IMG/VR virus record: IMGVR_UViG_3300020365_000106
Location: 1 to 26,888 of that record
DNA length: 26,888 nt
Source: a virus
Taxonomy: Duplodnaviria; Caudoviricetes
Strand: one strand, 5' to 3'
The notes beneath the pieces are model-generated. The model searched no databases and was not told the DNA's origin. It worked only from the letters and a program-made list of their open reading frames with translations. Positions 25,949 through 26,888 of this stretch are shown here, piece by piece (the first letter of the stretch is position 1; each line of letters starts with the position of its first letter). The position numbers and the translations under genes are program-made.

Positions 25949-26729
25949 GAATAAATCAGTACACAAATTAAAAGGTTTACCTCCCGTATACTGCATTAAC
26001 CTAGATGGTCAAACAGACCGTTGGAAGTCTATGGAAGATATGCTTAAGTATTGGGAGGTTGAAAATTATACTAGGATTTCTGCTTATGATGGTAGGGAAG
26101 ATGATCTGAGTGACATCCTGAAAGGTCGTTATCCAGATGCTATGACATCTGGTGAAGTTGGTTGTACGACTTCTCATTTGAAAGCACTCAAAGAGTTCTT
26201 AAAAACAGATGAACCTTGTGCAATCATTATGGAAGATGATTGTGATATATCTACAGTATTTCATTGGGGATTCAGTTGGAAAGATTTTTACTCTAAAGTT
26301 CCATATGATTATGATGTAATTCAACTTGCTATTATCAATCCAGCGCAAGTATATTTACAACTTCATCGTAGATTTGTTAATGATTTTTCCACTGCTTGTT
26401 ATATGATTACCAGGCATCATGCGGAAAAATTAGTAAGACTTCATTGTCGTGGCGACAAGTATAAGCTTGATCAGGGTGTTAAACCTCGCGCAGTTGCTGA
26501 TGATTTGATCTATAACTCAGGCAATACATTTGCTATTCCACTGTTTTTGTACAAGATTGAGTTGGGATCTGATATTCATGACATTCATATCGATGTCTTC
26601 CATCGAACCAGTTATGATGGGTTGTGGAAATTTTGGAGAAACGAATCTACAAATATTGCAGATTGGAATGGATTGTTTACATATGATCCTTACTTCAATC
26701 GGATTCCACCTGGATTTGATAGCAAATAA
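25941..26729 (+). CDS. Glycosyltransferase family 25
   Basis: YCINLD...RW, SGEVGCTTSH, IMEDD and STACYMI. Confidence 0.85.
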   Translation: MDKNKSVHKLKGLPPVYCINLDGQTDRWKSMEDMLKYWEVENYTRISAYDGREDDLSDILKGRYPDAMTSGEVGCTTSHLKALKEFLKTDEPCAIIMEDDCDISTVFHWGFSWKDFYSKVPYDYDVIQLAIINPAQVYLQLHRRFVNDFSTACYMITRHHAEKLVRLHCRGDKYKLDQGVKPRAVADDLIYNSGNTFAIPLFLYKIELGSDIHDIHIDVFHRTSYDGLWKFWRNESTNIADWNGLFTYDPYFNRIPPGFDSK

Positions 26730-26743
26730 TAAGATTAGATTAT

Positions 26744-26767
26744 AGAGATCATTAGATCTCTTTTTTT
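26744..26767 (+). terminator. Intrinsic terminator ending the glycan operon
   Basis: GAGATC-ATTA-GATCTC plus T7. Confidence 0.8.
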
Positions 26768-26795
26768 GTGTCTGGATATCCGAACAGTGGTTTTC

Positions 26796-26824
26796 TTGAC
26801 AGAACTTCATAATTACTATATAAT
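26796..26824 (+). promoter_or_regulatory. Consensus sigma70 promoter TTGACA-N17-TATAAT
   Basis: -35 at 26796-26801, -10 at 26819-26824. Confidence 0.85.
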
Positions 26825-26850
26825 TATGTAACAGTTCTTTACACAAGACA

Positions 26851-26888
26851 ATGACTCGCTCAGGCACAATTACAACTGAAGATGGTGG
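26851..26888 (+). CDS. hli: Probable high-light-inducible protein, N-terminus only
   Basis: MTRSGTITTEDGG resembles the T-x-TTEDGG start of cyanophage HLIPs; only 13 codons are visible. Confidence 0.55.
   Translation, partial: MTRSGTITTEDG

Noticed and set aside
26828-26842. NtcA box upstream of hli
   Set aside because: The spacing is GTA-N9-TAC rather than the canonical N8.

Overview
A 26.9-kb segment of an AT-rich T4-like cyanophage (Kyanoviridae-type myovirus, probably infecting marine Synechococcus). From left to right it holds: two minus-strand paralogous putative virion/adhesin genes, a GIY-YIG nuclease and small membrane ORFs; host-derived metabolic genes (two 2OG-Fe(II) oxygenases, petE, PTOX, talC, an nblA-like gene and a partial hli at the right edge); an SNase nuclease and a HEXXH peptidase-like gene; and a convergent cluster of exported proteins. 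Next come an outer-membrane protein with a highly structured leader, an orphan Phd/YefM-like ORF, five tRNAs with a structured ncRNA between two of them, and a wcaG-type RNA. The window ends with a 10-kb glycan operon (gmd, fcl, 2x GT2, 2x GT-B, methyltransferase, GT11, degenerate FkbM, GT6, 2x GT25, epimerase). The best leads are a possibly complete blood-group-A-like glycan pathway, a switch-like RNA leader on the OMP gene, and an exported-protein operon whose last gene has no canonical start near its signal peptide and overlaps a convergent gene. Family calls come from motif recognition by eye; no searches were run.
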